A stretch of DNA of 64,000 nt from Kondoa subrosea. Taxonomy: Eukaryota. Position numbers and translations under genes: made by a program. A model generated the notes under the pieces. The model ran no database searches. It saw nothing but the letters and a program-made list of their open reading frames with translations, and was not told the origin of the DNA. Shown piece after piece: positions 17,701 to 31,080 of this stretch (position 1 is its first letter; the number at the start of each line of letters is the position of its first letter). The stretch lies in assembly GCA_039545335.1 (NCBI GenBank), contig BCIN01000008.1, forward strand, positions 124,001 through 188,000, written 5' to 3'.

Positions 17701-17926
17701 TGTTTTTGTTCAAAAAGCTCAAGAGTGTTTTCTTTTTCGCCAGGTGGTTGGGCCTAGTAGTGAAGGGAATGAACGTTTACCAAACTCTGTGTATATCAAA
17801 TCAAATGCCACAACTTCTTGCCCATGTTGAAGGAGCATCCATCAATTTGCCACATTTGATCTCAGCATGAGCGCTATGAGCGTCACTTCCACCCTTCTTG
17901 TTCCAAACCATCCCAATCTATCCATC

Positions 17927-18650
17927 ATGGCTCCAGCAAAGACCACAAAGACCTCTATCAAGCGAATCACCTCTGAGAAGGACAAGAAAGCTAAAAGCAA
18001 GAGCAATTCCCTCGGCTCATCAACCAGCAAATCTCTAAGTGTCGGTTCTTCCAAAGACAAAGGCAAAAGACCTTCTCTCTCACCTGCTGTCTCTGCAAAC
18101 AATGTCAAAGTCCAAGGTCCTCCTTTAGATGTAGATGGAACGGAATGGGATGCTATTTCCAAGAAGACTAAGAAAGCTATGGGCAAAGTCCAGAGTGAGT
18201 ACATACTCGCGTCTTTATCGAGGTAACGCAAGCTGATGCGGTCTATGACCCAGTTCACACGTCTGATCGTAATCGAATCGAACACATCTTGTCCGTTTTC
18301 GATCTCAACCCAGATTTCGGTCCTTCTATTGGCTTGTGAGTACTTTCTCAGCGACTTCTGGTCAAGATGTGACTTATACGCATTCGTCATAGGACTCGAT
18401 TGGAGAGATGGCAAAGAGCTGATGATCTAGAATTGGATCCACCAAAAGAGGTTCATCGAACAGTAGTCTTCTGCTGTCATACAGCTAACGGGCGACTGTT
18501 TCCTGAACAGATCCGCGAGATCCTTCTCACTCAAGAAGGGCAAACTCAAACCCGTTACTCGAGAGATGTCTTCCATGTAAGTTTCTCTTCACAAATGGCT
18601 TGCTTTCCAAGCTCACCTGTATTTAGGGACTCGTTGGTGGTCTAGAATGA
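17927..18650 (+). CDS. POLD4: DNA polymerase delta subunit 4 (p12/Cdm1)
   Basis: Spliced ILSVFDLNPDFGPSIGLTRLERWQRADDLELDPPKEIREILL matches the POLD4 signature. Confidence 0.88.
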
Positions 18651-19342
18651 ATTCAATAGTCGTCCTATTCTCGGGCTGGATGTGAGTGCTCATTCCTATT
18701 CGGCTCGAGGAAAAGATTGATTTCTTTTTTCAATCAGCATTTCAAGACTTGTACTACTAATAGCATGGTTTCTGCATTGTAATATAGTTTAAGTGGATGG
18801 TGATACCTTGTCCTGTTATCACATTTTTCCTTCTTTCTGTCTCTGTCTCATTTGCGTGCGTATATCTCTCTCATGTCGTTCTTTCTATGACGTTCGCATC
18901 ATTGCGCGTTGCGAGCGTGTGGCTATACAATGAGGTCGTCTATATCCTCATGTGGTCTATCTTCTTTATTACTTTGCTTCTAGCTCACCTTGTCGAATGT
19001 TGAAAGCGTGCGCTGAATACATTGTGAATCGAAACAATGAGACTGTCATTGGAAAGTCTCACTATACCCAAAGGAAGCCAGAGGTCTCTATATCTCACTC
19101 CCCTCGGGCTTAGCAGTCAAATGGACGAATTGTAGGCGAGGCCGATGAAACCTCAGATGATGTCAAGGTGTTGAAAGAGCGCATTGCACATGTTGCGCTT
19201 TATTTGAGCTGCTCCGTGATCGACGACGTCTAGTAATCAATGCTATGATGCAATTCGAGGCATAATGAAAATTTACAGACAGAGAGCATGTAATCATAAA
19301 TTGTCCTTGATGCGATCTAATAAGCCAGTCTGTTTGCTTTCC

Positions 19343-20587
19343 TTAGACTCTGGGTCGTCCAGTCTTTGCATCAACCAAATCAACCACGTACATTCGGACT
19401 TCAATTGAAAAGCGAGTTGGGTCGTTGTAAGAGTGTACTGGTAAAGCCGCATGCATCCGACCACAGCTGAATTTACCGGCTTTAGGTTGAAGACCATCAA
19501 TGAAGCTGTCGTATTGTACGAAGACGATAGCTTCATGTGCTGTCATACCTAGGCAAGTCAGAAAACCATTGTCACGATTTCCTCTTAAGTTGGTTTCATC
19601 GTAAATTGGATGTCTTCTAGTAGGTAATGCGGGATTGCCATCTACGGCGTGAGTGAGAAAATCCTCTTTTTGGTATACATCCGTCTACGTTTTAGTAGAA
19701 TTAGTTAGAGACCGTAAGAGCTGGCGAGAAGGGGTCTTACAGCGAAAGCTATGGGATGGGATCCCCCCGAGACCGTCTTATGCCAATTTAAGTACCTTAA
19801 GCGATAAATTGAACCAGGAGGAGCAGGATGACGCTGTTGAGCTTCCTTGACGAGAGATACATGATAGAGAGTTTCTATCCAGCCACTGTCAAGTACGTTG
19901 ACATCCGAATGCAATCTAAAAGCGGGTAGAAGCAGAGCAGATGTCTCTTCAATCTGGTAGCAGAATTGTCAGGGTGAAGTCCCAATATGCAATAATCAAG
20001 GATTTACGCCGAAAGATCGGGCCATGCTGTTGTCGAAAGTAATGCTGGATTCATGGACGCGGCAGATCTTCATGATATCTCTAAAGTAGAAAAGTCTTTC
20101 ACTTGAAGTACAGAAAGGGGAAAGGCAGACGAACTCTTTGACAACTTTAGGATAGATCTCGGTCACAAACTTATAATTGACATTGGGCTTGTGCCATCTT
20201 GCATCTCTGGCTTCTGCATCGAGCCGATTGAACTGGTCAAGTGTCTTTGGATACTCTTCAGACTTGCGGGGCCAGGTCATAGTATCAATATCTGGAGGTA
20301 AAGGGCGTGGAAACCAGCCAAAGCCGTGATGATCCAAATTAGTATGCTGATACTGTTCAGGTATATGACCTTCTACGTAGCGAATGTTTGTAACATTCGC
20401 AGTTCCGAGCTTGAACTTTCGGTCGTATTCAGTGTGCTCAGTCGATTTAGGATCATAATACTGAACGGTAGTCTGCAATTTGCCACTTTGTAGGTGGTTG
20501 TGGAAGGGCAGATTCGTAATAGGCTTAGCTGTATCTGCAACAAGATATCAGCGTATCAAGCTTTCTAGCGTGGCTGAACTTACTCAT
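19343..20587 (-). CDS. AsaB/CmcJ-like hydroxylase/desaturase family protein (divergent)
   Basis: VTNIR...NLDHHGF, PAFRLHSD (HxD), AIVFVQYDS...HAAL...RFSIEVR in the order typical of the family; start codon tentative. Confidence 0.55.
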
Positions 20588-20789
20588 GTTGACGTTTTGC
20601 TCTAACGAAAAGCGCTTGCTCAATAGGAATAGAGTAGGAATGAAGAGAACAGGCGAAGGTGATTGAAAGAGGAAGAGAGAGGTCAGAGAGATGAGAGATC
20701 GATGATAGTCAAACAGAAGGTACACTCTGAAAGACAAAGGCATGGACACGCGAGCGACTTGTCTCACCATTTACAAGAGCTGGATAGGA

Positions 20790-21692
20790 TCAGATCAAGT
20801 CGTCCAGGTCATCCATTTCAGTGTACTGATCTCCATATTGCAACTTCTCTGGTCTAAGGACTGTCGTAATATTAGCCCATCGGTACAAAGGGACCAGAAT
20901 ATCGCTTACATCTTCCTCTGCTCTTTGCGCAATCAAAGATCTTCTTACCCTCTACTACTCCGTCGCTGGTTCCAGCAGGTATAGGCTCATCGAATTCCAC
21001 TCCAACCCAAATCCCTCCGTTTGGCAATTCTTTAACTATTCCAATGAATCGAACAATACCTCTTCGAGAAGTAGCTGATTCTTCGCATCGAACACCTAGA
21101 ACCAGACCCTGAGGTAAAGCTGTCTCTACTTCTTCTCCTGTTTGCAGTTGTGTGTTCGAACCAAATCGACCAATCTTGTTCCGTTGCTTGTAAGCCATAA
21201 CCGTATCTAAACTTTCTCTTAAGATTCACAAACGGGAAGAAGATCAATTTGAAGACTAGGCATACCTCGCCGCGAAGCATAATCTTTGTCTGTCATTTCA
21301 TATTTTTCAGCAGCACTCAGATCGGAGTATTGCTCCAATGAATGTTTCAGCGCCAGATCATTTGTCGATACCTTTACATATATGTATTAGCTTGTATTTG
21401 AGAGCCCGAACCAATGCAGAAAAGCACAAGAATTATAGAGCCTTCAGATTGCAGACCGAGTTCTCGAACAGAAGAAACAGAAGGAAAAGGTTGATTATCC
21501 AGTCGAAGGATTTGTGCAGCTACAGGAACACCAGTGAGAGCAGCCAACCTGCTCTGATGATGTTCATTGAGCTAGTTCCCCATGAATCTCAATTTATCTA
21601 CACACTTGAAGTGCTTCTATTGACTGTTCCAAGGAGATGACCAGTTCAGTGTAGGTCGAAGGCCCTTGTATGATTACGTTGATACTGTTCAT
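20790..21692 (-). CDS. TBCB: Tubulin-folding cofactor B (Ubl + CAP-Gly)
   Basis: RLAALTGVP (Ubl), KYEMTDKDYASRRDTVMAYKQRNKIGRF, CAP-Gly RGIVRFIG...WVGVEFDEP. Confidence 0.9.
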
Positions 21693-21710
21693 GATGGCTG
21701 CTCTAAGCAA

Positions 21711-21760
21711 GAGTCAACGTCCCTTTGTTGCAGTCGAACGTTGACTCGATAGTTATATAT
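21711..21760. promoter_or_regulatory. Inverted repeat with two TGACTC (Gcn4/Cpc1-type) sites, plus TATA element
   Basis: GAGTCAACGT (21711-21720) and ACGTTGACTC (21738-21747) are perfect reverse complements; TATATAT follows at 21754-21760, upstream of HIS1. Confidence 0.55.
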
Positions 21761-21899
21761 CCCTGCGCTGGCTTTGGAGCATTACCTATCTGCCCTATAT
21801 CAAAGTGTAATTTCTCAAACACAACTGGCATCAGGCATAAATCTCTGGCTCAAAGTCTCCAACTCGCCAAGTCTGCGCTATACACAATATTTCTAGATC

Positions 21900-23037
21900 A
21901 TGTCCTTTTTAGCTGAAAGCCTCGAAGGTCGTCTCGTTCGTCCTGTAATCCTATTCTCAATCTTCTCCGTTTGATCCGCTTGCTTTATCATAGCTCTTTG
22001 CAATTCCAAAGAAAGGTTAGCTTCAGCCCACATTATGCGTTTGGATCAAAGATTTGAAGCATATATATGACCAGGTCGACTATATGAGAAAGCTTTAGAA
22101 CTCTTAGCTGGAGCAGATATTCAGTTCACTCGGTCCAATCGTTTGGATGTAGCTCTGGTTCGAAATCACAACATCGCTCTAGTTTTCCTTCCTGCAGCAG
22201 ATATTCCTCGATTTGTTGGTGAAGGTAATATTGATTTAGGAATAACTGGTCAAGATATGGTAGCTGAAGCAGAAGGACAATCTGAATTGATTGAAGAAGC
22301 TTTGCAATTAGGTTTTGGGAAATGTAAACTTCAAGTGCAAGTACCTGAATCTAAAAAAGAATTGAACAAAGTACAAGATTTGTTAGGGAAAAAAGTGGTG
22401 ACCAGTTTTGAACATGTTGCTGGTCAATATTTTGGTGAACTGGATAAAAAGCATGGAACGAAAACAATCATTGAATATATTGGTGGAAGTGTGGAAGCTG
22501 CTTGTGCTTTAGGCGTAGCAGATGGGATAGTGGATTTAGTTGGTAAGACATTGTCACTCAATATTTTTGCTGAGCTTAACAAAAATATTGACACCAGAAT
22601 CCGGTGAAACGATGCGAGCTGCAGGTTTACACGCAATAGAAACCATTCTCTCATCTCAAGCCGTCCTCATCAAATCAGTCAAACCAAAGGATCCAGCCAA
22701 TTCTCCTCTGATAGCAATGATTACTTCTCGAATCGCTGGTGTATTAGCAGCAGCAAAATATATCCTCTGTACTTACAACATCGAACGATCTTCATTGAGC
22801 AAAGCAACGGAAGTCACTCCTGGGCGAAGAGCGCCGACAATTACTACTTTGGAAGAAGATGGTTGGGTTGCTGTTAGTGCTATGATAGAAAGAAAGGAGA
22901 GTGCAGATATCATGGATCGCTTGGCATCGATTGGAGCGAAAGATATCTTCACCATTCAGCTGCAGTAAGTCATTTCGATCTTCACTTATGAGAAAAGATG
23001 CTGATACATGCGCACGAGCAGGAACTGCAGAGTATAG
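21900..23037 (+). CDS. HIS1: ATP phosphoribosyltransferase
   Basis: LFAIPKKGRLYE, FLPAADIPRFVGEGNIDLGITGQD, GSVEAACALGVADGIVDLVESGETMRAAGL, ends NCRV*. Confidence 0.97.
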
Positions 23038-23199
23038 ATTCGTAGTAGAGTACAGCTAGACCTTTCAGTACAATAGACTAGAAGTTTAGAGAATGGTACA
23101 GCGAGATGCATTACGTAATCGAAAGCCCTTTCCAAGAACTCGTTCCACTAGGTATTTATTTTTGGTCTCAGACGACCTTCAAGCCAACGAATTGCTCCA

Positions 23200-24060
23200 A
23201 TGGTCAGACATCGATTCTACTATGATAGCTCGTAGCTTAATATCTTAACAGCTCTGCTCCAATCGCTCGAATCCAGCAAACAGCTCAGCTACTCCCAATG
23301 GAAACATTGGAAATCCAACTTGTCTACTCGACGTAGTCTTCTTACCTCTGCCTACTATCTTTCTAGCACTCGCCTTGACTCTTCTGTACTCTCGTCGCAA
23401 TAGATCATCGACTTCAACGGTCATTGCTAGCGAGAAGAATGGAGTACAGACAATCGTGAAACAGCGAAGTAGATGGTTACATTGGCTCGATATAGCTATG
23501 TCATTCTGCACAATAGCGGTAAGCTTCTATACGCTGCTCTTGACTCCGGCTCAGAGTGTGCTCAGATGCAAGTACTGGAGATCGTCCGATTAGCTATATC
23601 CAACGAAGGGGTTGGTCTATTGCCAAGTACGCACAATCCTTATGTTGATAACTATACTTAATGGTGTGTAGTCACATTGGCTGGACTTGTCCTCGCATTC
23701 CTGGTCATTCTCCTTACACAAAGACGCAAAGTGAATCCACATCGTTTCGCTGCACCTTTGGCTATCTTCTGGCTCTTCCAATTCCTTATTGAACTCACTA
23801 AGCTCGGATTATGGGCTTCAGTAGTAGGTGGTATCACTTCCTTGCTTGAATTAGGGCTGACCTGCTTGAAATAGCTTTCATTCGATGCCGGACCAAGCAC
23901 ATATCGCACGAGCGACAAAGTAAGCCTGTGAAGTCAGATAGAGAGTCTCTCTAATCTTGCTTAGGTTACTGATACGGCTGTCATCGTGGCGCTGTATTTG
24001 TTATCTTTCATTAGCCAAACGCAAAACTGGTTGTCTGAAAGAAGAGCTGCTTTGGCTTGA
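23200..24060 (+). CDS. Uncharacterised multi-pass membrane protein
   Basis: ATG followed by an intron, then NPTCLLDVVFLPLPTIFL and about 5 hydrophobic helices across GT-AG spliced exons. Confidence 0.6.
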
Positions 24061-24400
24061 TATGTTTGAAGTCACCTTTTCTTAGATTCTTGTATTGGTA
24101 AGCATATTGCAGGCTCGTGTTATTGCCTAGTTGATCTAATTCTTGGTTTGCTCCAGTTCATAGTGTACATGTAACTAATGTTATTCAGACCCTTGCGCCT
24201 AGATTCGTTGACGTTCAAATAAGGAGAAGACCTGCACTAGCTGGAATCTCCTTTGTCAATGCGAATCCGATTTCCAGAATACGAACGCTGACTAACAGCT
24301 TAAGCCGGTCTCTGATTTGCTTGATGAATATTTTATTCTGCTCTTTTCCCTCTCACTGCTTCTTAGATATCTCTTTATCGCTTCTATCCACATACTAAAC

Positions 24401-24929
24401 ATGAAAGCATTTACACTGTGCTCATTTGTGGCTTTCTTCAGCTTAACTGCTGCTGACATCCGAGTATGGCCTTTCCTTGGCTCTGATTGTCGCGGTGTAG
24501 CTCTCTTTGGAAGTGTTATCACATCGTAAGCGCCCAAACATCGCTTCTTATGATTTTTTTGCTGATATCAGATGACTTGGCATAGTTTGACTCCTGGAGA
24601 AGCGAACGAGCAGAGAATTGATGTACCAGGCAAAGGTCGTTCCTTCTTGATTGAAGCTGACGAATGTATGTTCCTACCTCTTGAGCGAACATGGTTTCGG
24701 ACTGATTCTATATCTTCTTAAGATATCAATCTTTATGCTGATACGAACGACAATCAACCTACGTGTGGTAGAACAGTTGGTCATAATATGATTGTTAATG
24801 GGATTTGTATTAGACAGACGAAAGAGGATGGGTAGGTTTCTCGACGTACTTTTCCGTCTGTTTGACAAAGTTGATATGGAGCTAATTAGATGCGGTATCG
24901 ATACCATCATTGTTGGGAGAACTGCTTGA
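24401..24929 (+). CDS. Small secreted cysteine-containing protein
   Basis: Signal-peptide-like MKAFTLCSFVAFFSLTAA followed by short exons with GT-AG introns; ends ...GCGIDTIIVGRTA*. Confidence 0.55.
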
Positions 24930-25103
24930 GCATGTGACTTTGTATCTCAAGGAGTAATCCGCCTAGCTATATTTCTTCTTTTTAGAACGATGCGTCTGGT
25001 GCCACAGCATATGATTGAGATTATCATCTTGTATTGACTGCATGGAATCCTGTGCCTGATAATTACTGGCATCGTCTTCACTTTAACATTAACAACTTCT
25101 GCT

Positions 25104-26904
25104 TCATTCAAACGAGATGACCATTTTCCCTTTATGCTCGGGCTGTACAGCTGAATGAGGCGTGTCTGAATTCATCGGAGACTTCTCACCTTGTGTACCA
25201 ATTCAGTCACCTCATTCACTTGATCCAGCTTAAAAGACTGGGTCGAGACTTTGATCCCTTTGTCAGCTACTAGATTGACCAGCTCTTGCAGAGTAGCTTG
25301 GTCAGCCAGAAGTGATCCTTTGACCTGAAAGACTGGTCTGAGCACGCTGGGTTATCAATGAGTAACCATAAAATATACTTTGATGTCTCGAAAGATGAGA
25401 TCGAAGAATTGGAAAGTTACACCTTTTGCTGGTTGACCAAGCAAGACAAAAAGACCGTGCTGGTAAGAGTCTTCATTACTACTGTAACAAGAAATGTAGA
25501 TTGAGAGCTTACCTTGCGCAATAATTTGGTGGCGAAAGCAAATGAATCGGGATGATCAGTAGCGACAACGACGCTGTTATTACTGTCAGATCTGCCCCAT
25601 ATCATAGTTCACCCACTGACGCATCGAGTCCAGGATAATCTTCATCTTTGGTAAATTCCTCAATCTGTTTCCAACCTTCATCTGCTCCTTTGGTTGTATC
25701 GATGCACAAATCAGGTGCGTATTTCAATGATTTGGATAATTTGATTGGTTCTTCTCTTGCATCTACGCCAACAACTTTGTAACCCTGTCAGAAATCAAAC
25801 ACTTAAGAAGATGTTCCAGGGAAGGGGAGAAGAAGCGGACCATAGTCTTCGCCAATTGAACGCCAATATGGCCTATTATTTATACTTCAGCACTACAAGG
25901 CATGAGCGCGAACTATGCCACGTACCCAGGGCGCCTAAGCCGATAATTCCAACTGATTGACCAGGCTTGAGTTCGCATGCTTTCAATCCATTATAGACCG
26001 TAGCCCCTTTTCAGAAGATAAGAAGCGCAGATATGAGCGAGCACACAAGATTTCTGGAAGGAGAGGTTCTTGACATACCTGCGCAAGTCAGTGGGGCCGC
26101 TTGATCGAAAGAAAGGTTGTCCGGAAGATGGACTGCCATTTTCGAGTCAACTACGACATATTCTGCAAAAGCGCCGTCGGTGTTGATACCGCCCATCTAT
26201 ATACACAGTAAGCCTTGACTTTATGTCCCAGAGACCAGATATTACAGATGCATTGTCCTGTCTCGATCATAAGTTGAGCAGTCAAGATAGCATACAAGAA
26301 GATGACAAACACAATATAATGGTCGAGAAGCCTTGCAATCAGGGCAGCGTCCACATTCTGCTACGAAAGCAGTCGCTGCTACTCGGTCGCCCTTCTTGAA
26401 ACCTTTCGCATCCGGTCCAACTTCGGTCACGATACCAGTAGGTTCATGAGATCCAGTCAAGGGCAGCTTAGAAGTCGTCAGTACAGTTCGAGCCAAATTG
26501 TAAAGAAGTGATCACTTTGCTACCGAAGTCTCCGTTCTGTACCATCCCTGAAGAGATAGTCAGCTATATCGACGGAATAGAGCAATATGTTTGTCGGCGT
26601 ACCATCTGTATGACAATAGCCTGCGACTGCAGTCTGCCATATAGCAAATTACATCATGATATTCGGCCAAACATAAGGAGATCAAGCGGACCTTGATGAG
26701 GAGTCTACAAGAGACATTGAGCTACTAGGAGACAGCCAAATCTGGGTTTCGCGTGAACGTACTGAGTGCCTTCAGGCTTCGGAATTGGAACATCTTTAAT
26801 TTGGTCTGACGTCGCAAGTAGACAGATATAAGACTTGCATAGGGCATAGCAGCCTTTGAAGACGCACATGGCTTGCTAAACTCGACAATCTGAGCAGCTC
26901 TCAT
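25104..26904 (-). CDS. Zinc-dependent alcohol dehydrogenase (MDR family)
   Basis: MRAAQIVEFSKP, LPLTGSHEPTG, FKKGDRV, CGRCPDC, DGAFAEY, AAPLTCAG, VGIIGLGALG. Confidence 0.92.
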
Positions 26905-27132
26905 GCTTACGTAATGACGGTTGACTCTGGGCAAAGTTGTTTACAATTTCCTGCTTGACCTCAACCGCCTTGTCACGCCAAAAGTAGTGCTCCGCGCATA
27001 CCTGGACTACTGTCACTCTGGAATATACCCTTTGCGAGCCTCAGAAGAGCGCATTGATCGCACAATCCGTCTTCGCGTGGCCTTGTTTTGCTCGCAATTG
27101 TCTAGCGCTGTGTGCTTAAAGAGCCTCACAAG

Positions 27133-30100
27133 ATGGAGGAAGTAACAACAAGACAAGAGAAGAGCTATGGATGCCTAGTCCTGCTTCGGCCTGACGGATC
27201 AACTCGTACCAAGTTTCCATTGACCAAACAAAAGATAACTTTTGGCAGAGCTACGTTTGCTGATGTCCGTATCTATGGTGAGCAATACATTCCGACTAGC
27301 CGTGTATGTGGCTCAAGCAGTTGAGACCACTCACAGATCTTTCTGTCTCCAAATTGCACGCGGAGCTGATAATCAACACTAATCACTACTTACCCGCTCG
27401 ATTGATTGCCCATTCGCCTAATGGAGTACTACTTCAAGACAAGAAGCGAATCAGTAGAGGAGAAGGAACGGATCTGGTTCATGGTGCTTTGTTCAAGATT
27501 GCGAACAGACCTTTCCGTTACGAATCTGCACAATCAGCAGAAGAACTAGTACTGGTAGAGGTAGGCCGACGATCTCTATAGCTGTTCGGTCGCCGATACC
27601 ATACGTGATTTCACAGTCACCTAAGATCGCTTCACCTCGCAAACAACCTCGATTTTCGCTAGTCAACAAAGATGCTGCTCCTACTACTCCAGCCAAATCA
27701 GCGCCTCGTCGATCTCTACTGTCCAACTTCTCACCCTTTTCACTCTTTTCTGCGCCTCCAGCTGAAAAACAACAGACACCTCAAGGTGATCTGATGACTT
27801 GGTCTGACAATGAACAATCGCCCGCGCCGGTCGGTATTGAAGACGGAGGAGATCAGGTCGATTTTGATGAAGTACAGCAGCAGAAGGATGACTCTTCAGA
27901 TTCGGAAGATGATGAAGCGAATAACATTGGTTTGATGGTCAGTCGTCGCTTGACTTGTAGCTCTGCTAGTGCTAAGGACATTCTCCGCTGGCAGTCTACT
28001 CCGTCATCTAAGAGACGAACTTCTTTACGCATGACTATTCGACCTTCACCTCAACAAGCTGCACCTACTCCTCCTCCAACAAAACCTCAGGTAGTGCAAT
28101 CTCCGGAATCAGCAGATGAAAAGACTTCAGATGAAGAAATCGAACATCTGCTCGTTTCACCTCGATCTGTTCCTTTGCCACCTTCGCCTGACGAATCCAC
28201 TTTTCCTCTACAACCACCCTCTCCCTCTCGACCCTCTCTAGTCCAAATAGCGAATTTGCAACTCACTCCAGTAGCGCCAGTCAAATTACCTACATCTTTG
28301 TCTAGAAGACATTCTTTACGCGAGAAAGTATTGATCAGATCTGCTGTGAAAGCACATCATGATCGAGGAAAACTGGTTCGATCACTCAGTATGGGTAGCT
28401 TAACTCCTACTAGAGTCGCTAGTGGGGTGGGTATGTCAAGAAGTTTCAGTTCGGACTCGATTGGAGGAGGAGGAGGAAGGGAAGATAGTAGTGATTCTTC
28501 CGACGAAGAGGAAGAGGAGGAAGATGTTCCTTTGGTCAGTTCTTTCTTCCTCGTGTATTCTAAACAGTTCCAGTGCTGATTTTTGTTCGGATCGTAGTCG
28601 AGGATATCACCGATTATCCCACCTCGAATTTCGTCTTCTTTCCCTGCTCAAACTCAACAAGTCGAATTACCAGCGCATCAGTTCGACGATGCGGAAGAAG
28701 ACTCTCATCCGGAACTCGATCCAGCTGTAGCCAATGAGGTACAAATTGCTGAAACTACTCAAGAAGAGGAAGAGCAAGTGATTGAAGTAGCGTGCGACAG
28801 AGAAGTTGAAGTTCCTGTAGTATTTGAGAAGACTCCTTCACCTGCTGCTAGCAAAACTTTGAGAAGACAAAGCGTTACTGAGGGTTTGAATGAAGCCTTC
28901 AAATCTGCTGAGATCACAGAGATACCTCAGGGATCAGTAAGCCATCTTCTTCGTCATATCTAAGGATCGAGCTGATAGGTTCTGTAAAGAAGGAAAAGAC
29001 ACCCTCACCTCGTGCTAGAAGAGCTGCGAGACGTTCCAGTGCCAAATTTGGCCAAGCTCCTTTGTTCCAGCCTGAAGAATTGGAGGCGAAGGAAGCAGCA
29101 TACCAAGCGGAAGCAATTAGTCAAACACCTGCTGTTGAGGAGCAAGTTGAACAAGAAGTGGTAGAAGCAATTCAAGTCCAACATCAACTCATTACACCTT
29201 CTAAAGCTATCAACCCTTTCCTAGCTACTGCTCGTCCACCAACACCCGAACAGGTTGCTTTACCTCACTATGATACGCCTCAACAAGCGACAGGCGTCAC
29301 CGATCGTATAATCGCTATACAAACCACTACTCCAGAACAAGACAATCAATTCGATCCCATTTCTACTCCTCTCTACACAGGCAGCAAACGCTCACCTCGA
29401 AAATCAGCTCTCAAACTTCCCCCCGCTCTATCACCAGAAGAGGAAGAACCTCCAGCAGAATTTAATACACCTCTCATTGTCAGAAAAAGGAAATCAGTTG
29501 TCTTCAACGAAGACGAAATGTGTAGCGTTAAGAAGATTCCAGGTCGATCTGATCCGGAGTTCTTGGCTGAGCAAGCGTCTTTGCGCAAGAGGAGAAGGAA
29601 GACGGCTGAAGAGCAGACTATAGCTGCAGCTGCTGAAGTGAGTGCAGATTTAATCTTGAAGCAGCATTACTTATATCTAGCTTGCCAGTTTGCAACACCC
29701 GAAGCGGCTTCTTCCATTTCGTCGAATAACGACTCGCAAGATCAGGGAACGCCTACCAGAGCATCATCACGTCTAGCAAATACGCCTAGTCGTGCTAGAA
29801 GAGTACCAACCAATACACCTGCCAAAGCAGTAGCTCAAGCTTTTGAAGCTATGCAACTGGGTTCAGCAGCAGTTCAAAGAAGTACACCGCTACCGAAACC
29901 TAGAAGAGCTGTGTCACCTAGCAAATCTGCTGCTGCCAAATTGAAGACTGATGCCGAAAAGGAAGAAGTAAGTTTGTTTATCCTGGTTGCGGTACCTGGC
30001 TCATTTGTTATACAGAATCGCTTACAGCTGCAAGCTCTGCTCGCTTCACCGGCAAAACGACTAGGAGAAGGTCGTAGTCTCCCAGTTCCAGCAACAGCAC

Positions 30101-31080
30101 CTCGACAGATCAGTACAATCACTTTACCTCAGCCTATTTCTACCGATAGTTTGACTGTCCAACTACAAGCTGCTCGCCGCAAGTCTTTGCCACATCTCGA
30201 GCTCTTGCCTTCTCATTTTGGTCTACCAAATCAACAATCCTTGCCTGCAACGATACCTTTTGTACGAACTCCAGCTAAAGAAGTCAATATTGTCCAACCA
30301 CCGAGTTCCCCGACTTTCTCACCTTCCCTTACTGGCGTACGAGAAATGCTTCGAGTACCGAAATCTCCACCTCGCACGCCAGCTTTCGGCGTTCTACCCA
30401 CATTGTTTAAACTTCCACAAGAACAGTCGAAAGAAGATTGGTCTGGTCATTTGGACGATGGACAAGCTCTCCTTCCTTTGAAGACACCTGTTCCTGCTCG
30501 AACTACTTCACTCTTCTCCGAGAAAGTACAAGAAGCTGAAGCTCAAGTTCCCGCTCTTCCTGCCCCTCGGAGAGCGAAAGTTGGCAGCAGCATTCCTGGT
30601 TTCAAGCCTACCAAACCCAAAGCAGTCATAGTACAAGAAGGAGAACCGCTTGTTGCTCCGAGTCGACCTGTTCGAGCAACCAGATCTTCGCCTTCTGTAC
30701 CTGAACCACTGAAAGAAACGCAAACTCAGATCCAGACCTCTTCTCGACCTATAACTTTGCCTAAACGTGCTACACGTGCTGCAGTAGCTCAAACACCTGC
30801 AGTTGAAGAAAAGAAGAAAGTGGCTGCAAGTACTGGTAGAAGGAAGATCGCTGAACCAGTTATCGAAATTCCTCGACCCGCCACTGCGCCAGCTAAGAGA
30901 GCACCAAGAGCTGTAAATAGTGCTACTAGATCAACTAGGAGAACAGCTGGAGCAGCTTCTTCGGGTGATGAAGCGGTAGCTACCAAAAGATTGGCATCGA
31001 AACCCAAAGTTCCAACGCGAGCAGCAGCGGATAAGGAGAATCAACCTTCATCTGGACGGACGCTAAGGAGCAGAGCTTGA
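27133..31080 (+). CDS. FHA-domain protein with long Pro/Ser/Thr-rich disordered tail (Ki-67-like architecture)
   Basis: N-terminal FHA (YGCLVLLRPDG...ITFGR...DVRIY...VSKLHA...NG); RKRKSVVF motif; many S/T-P sites; C-terminal DKEN. Confidence 0.8.
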
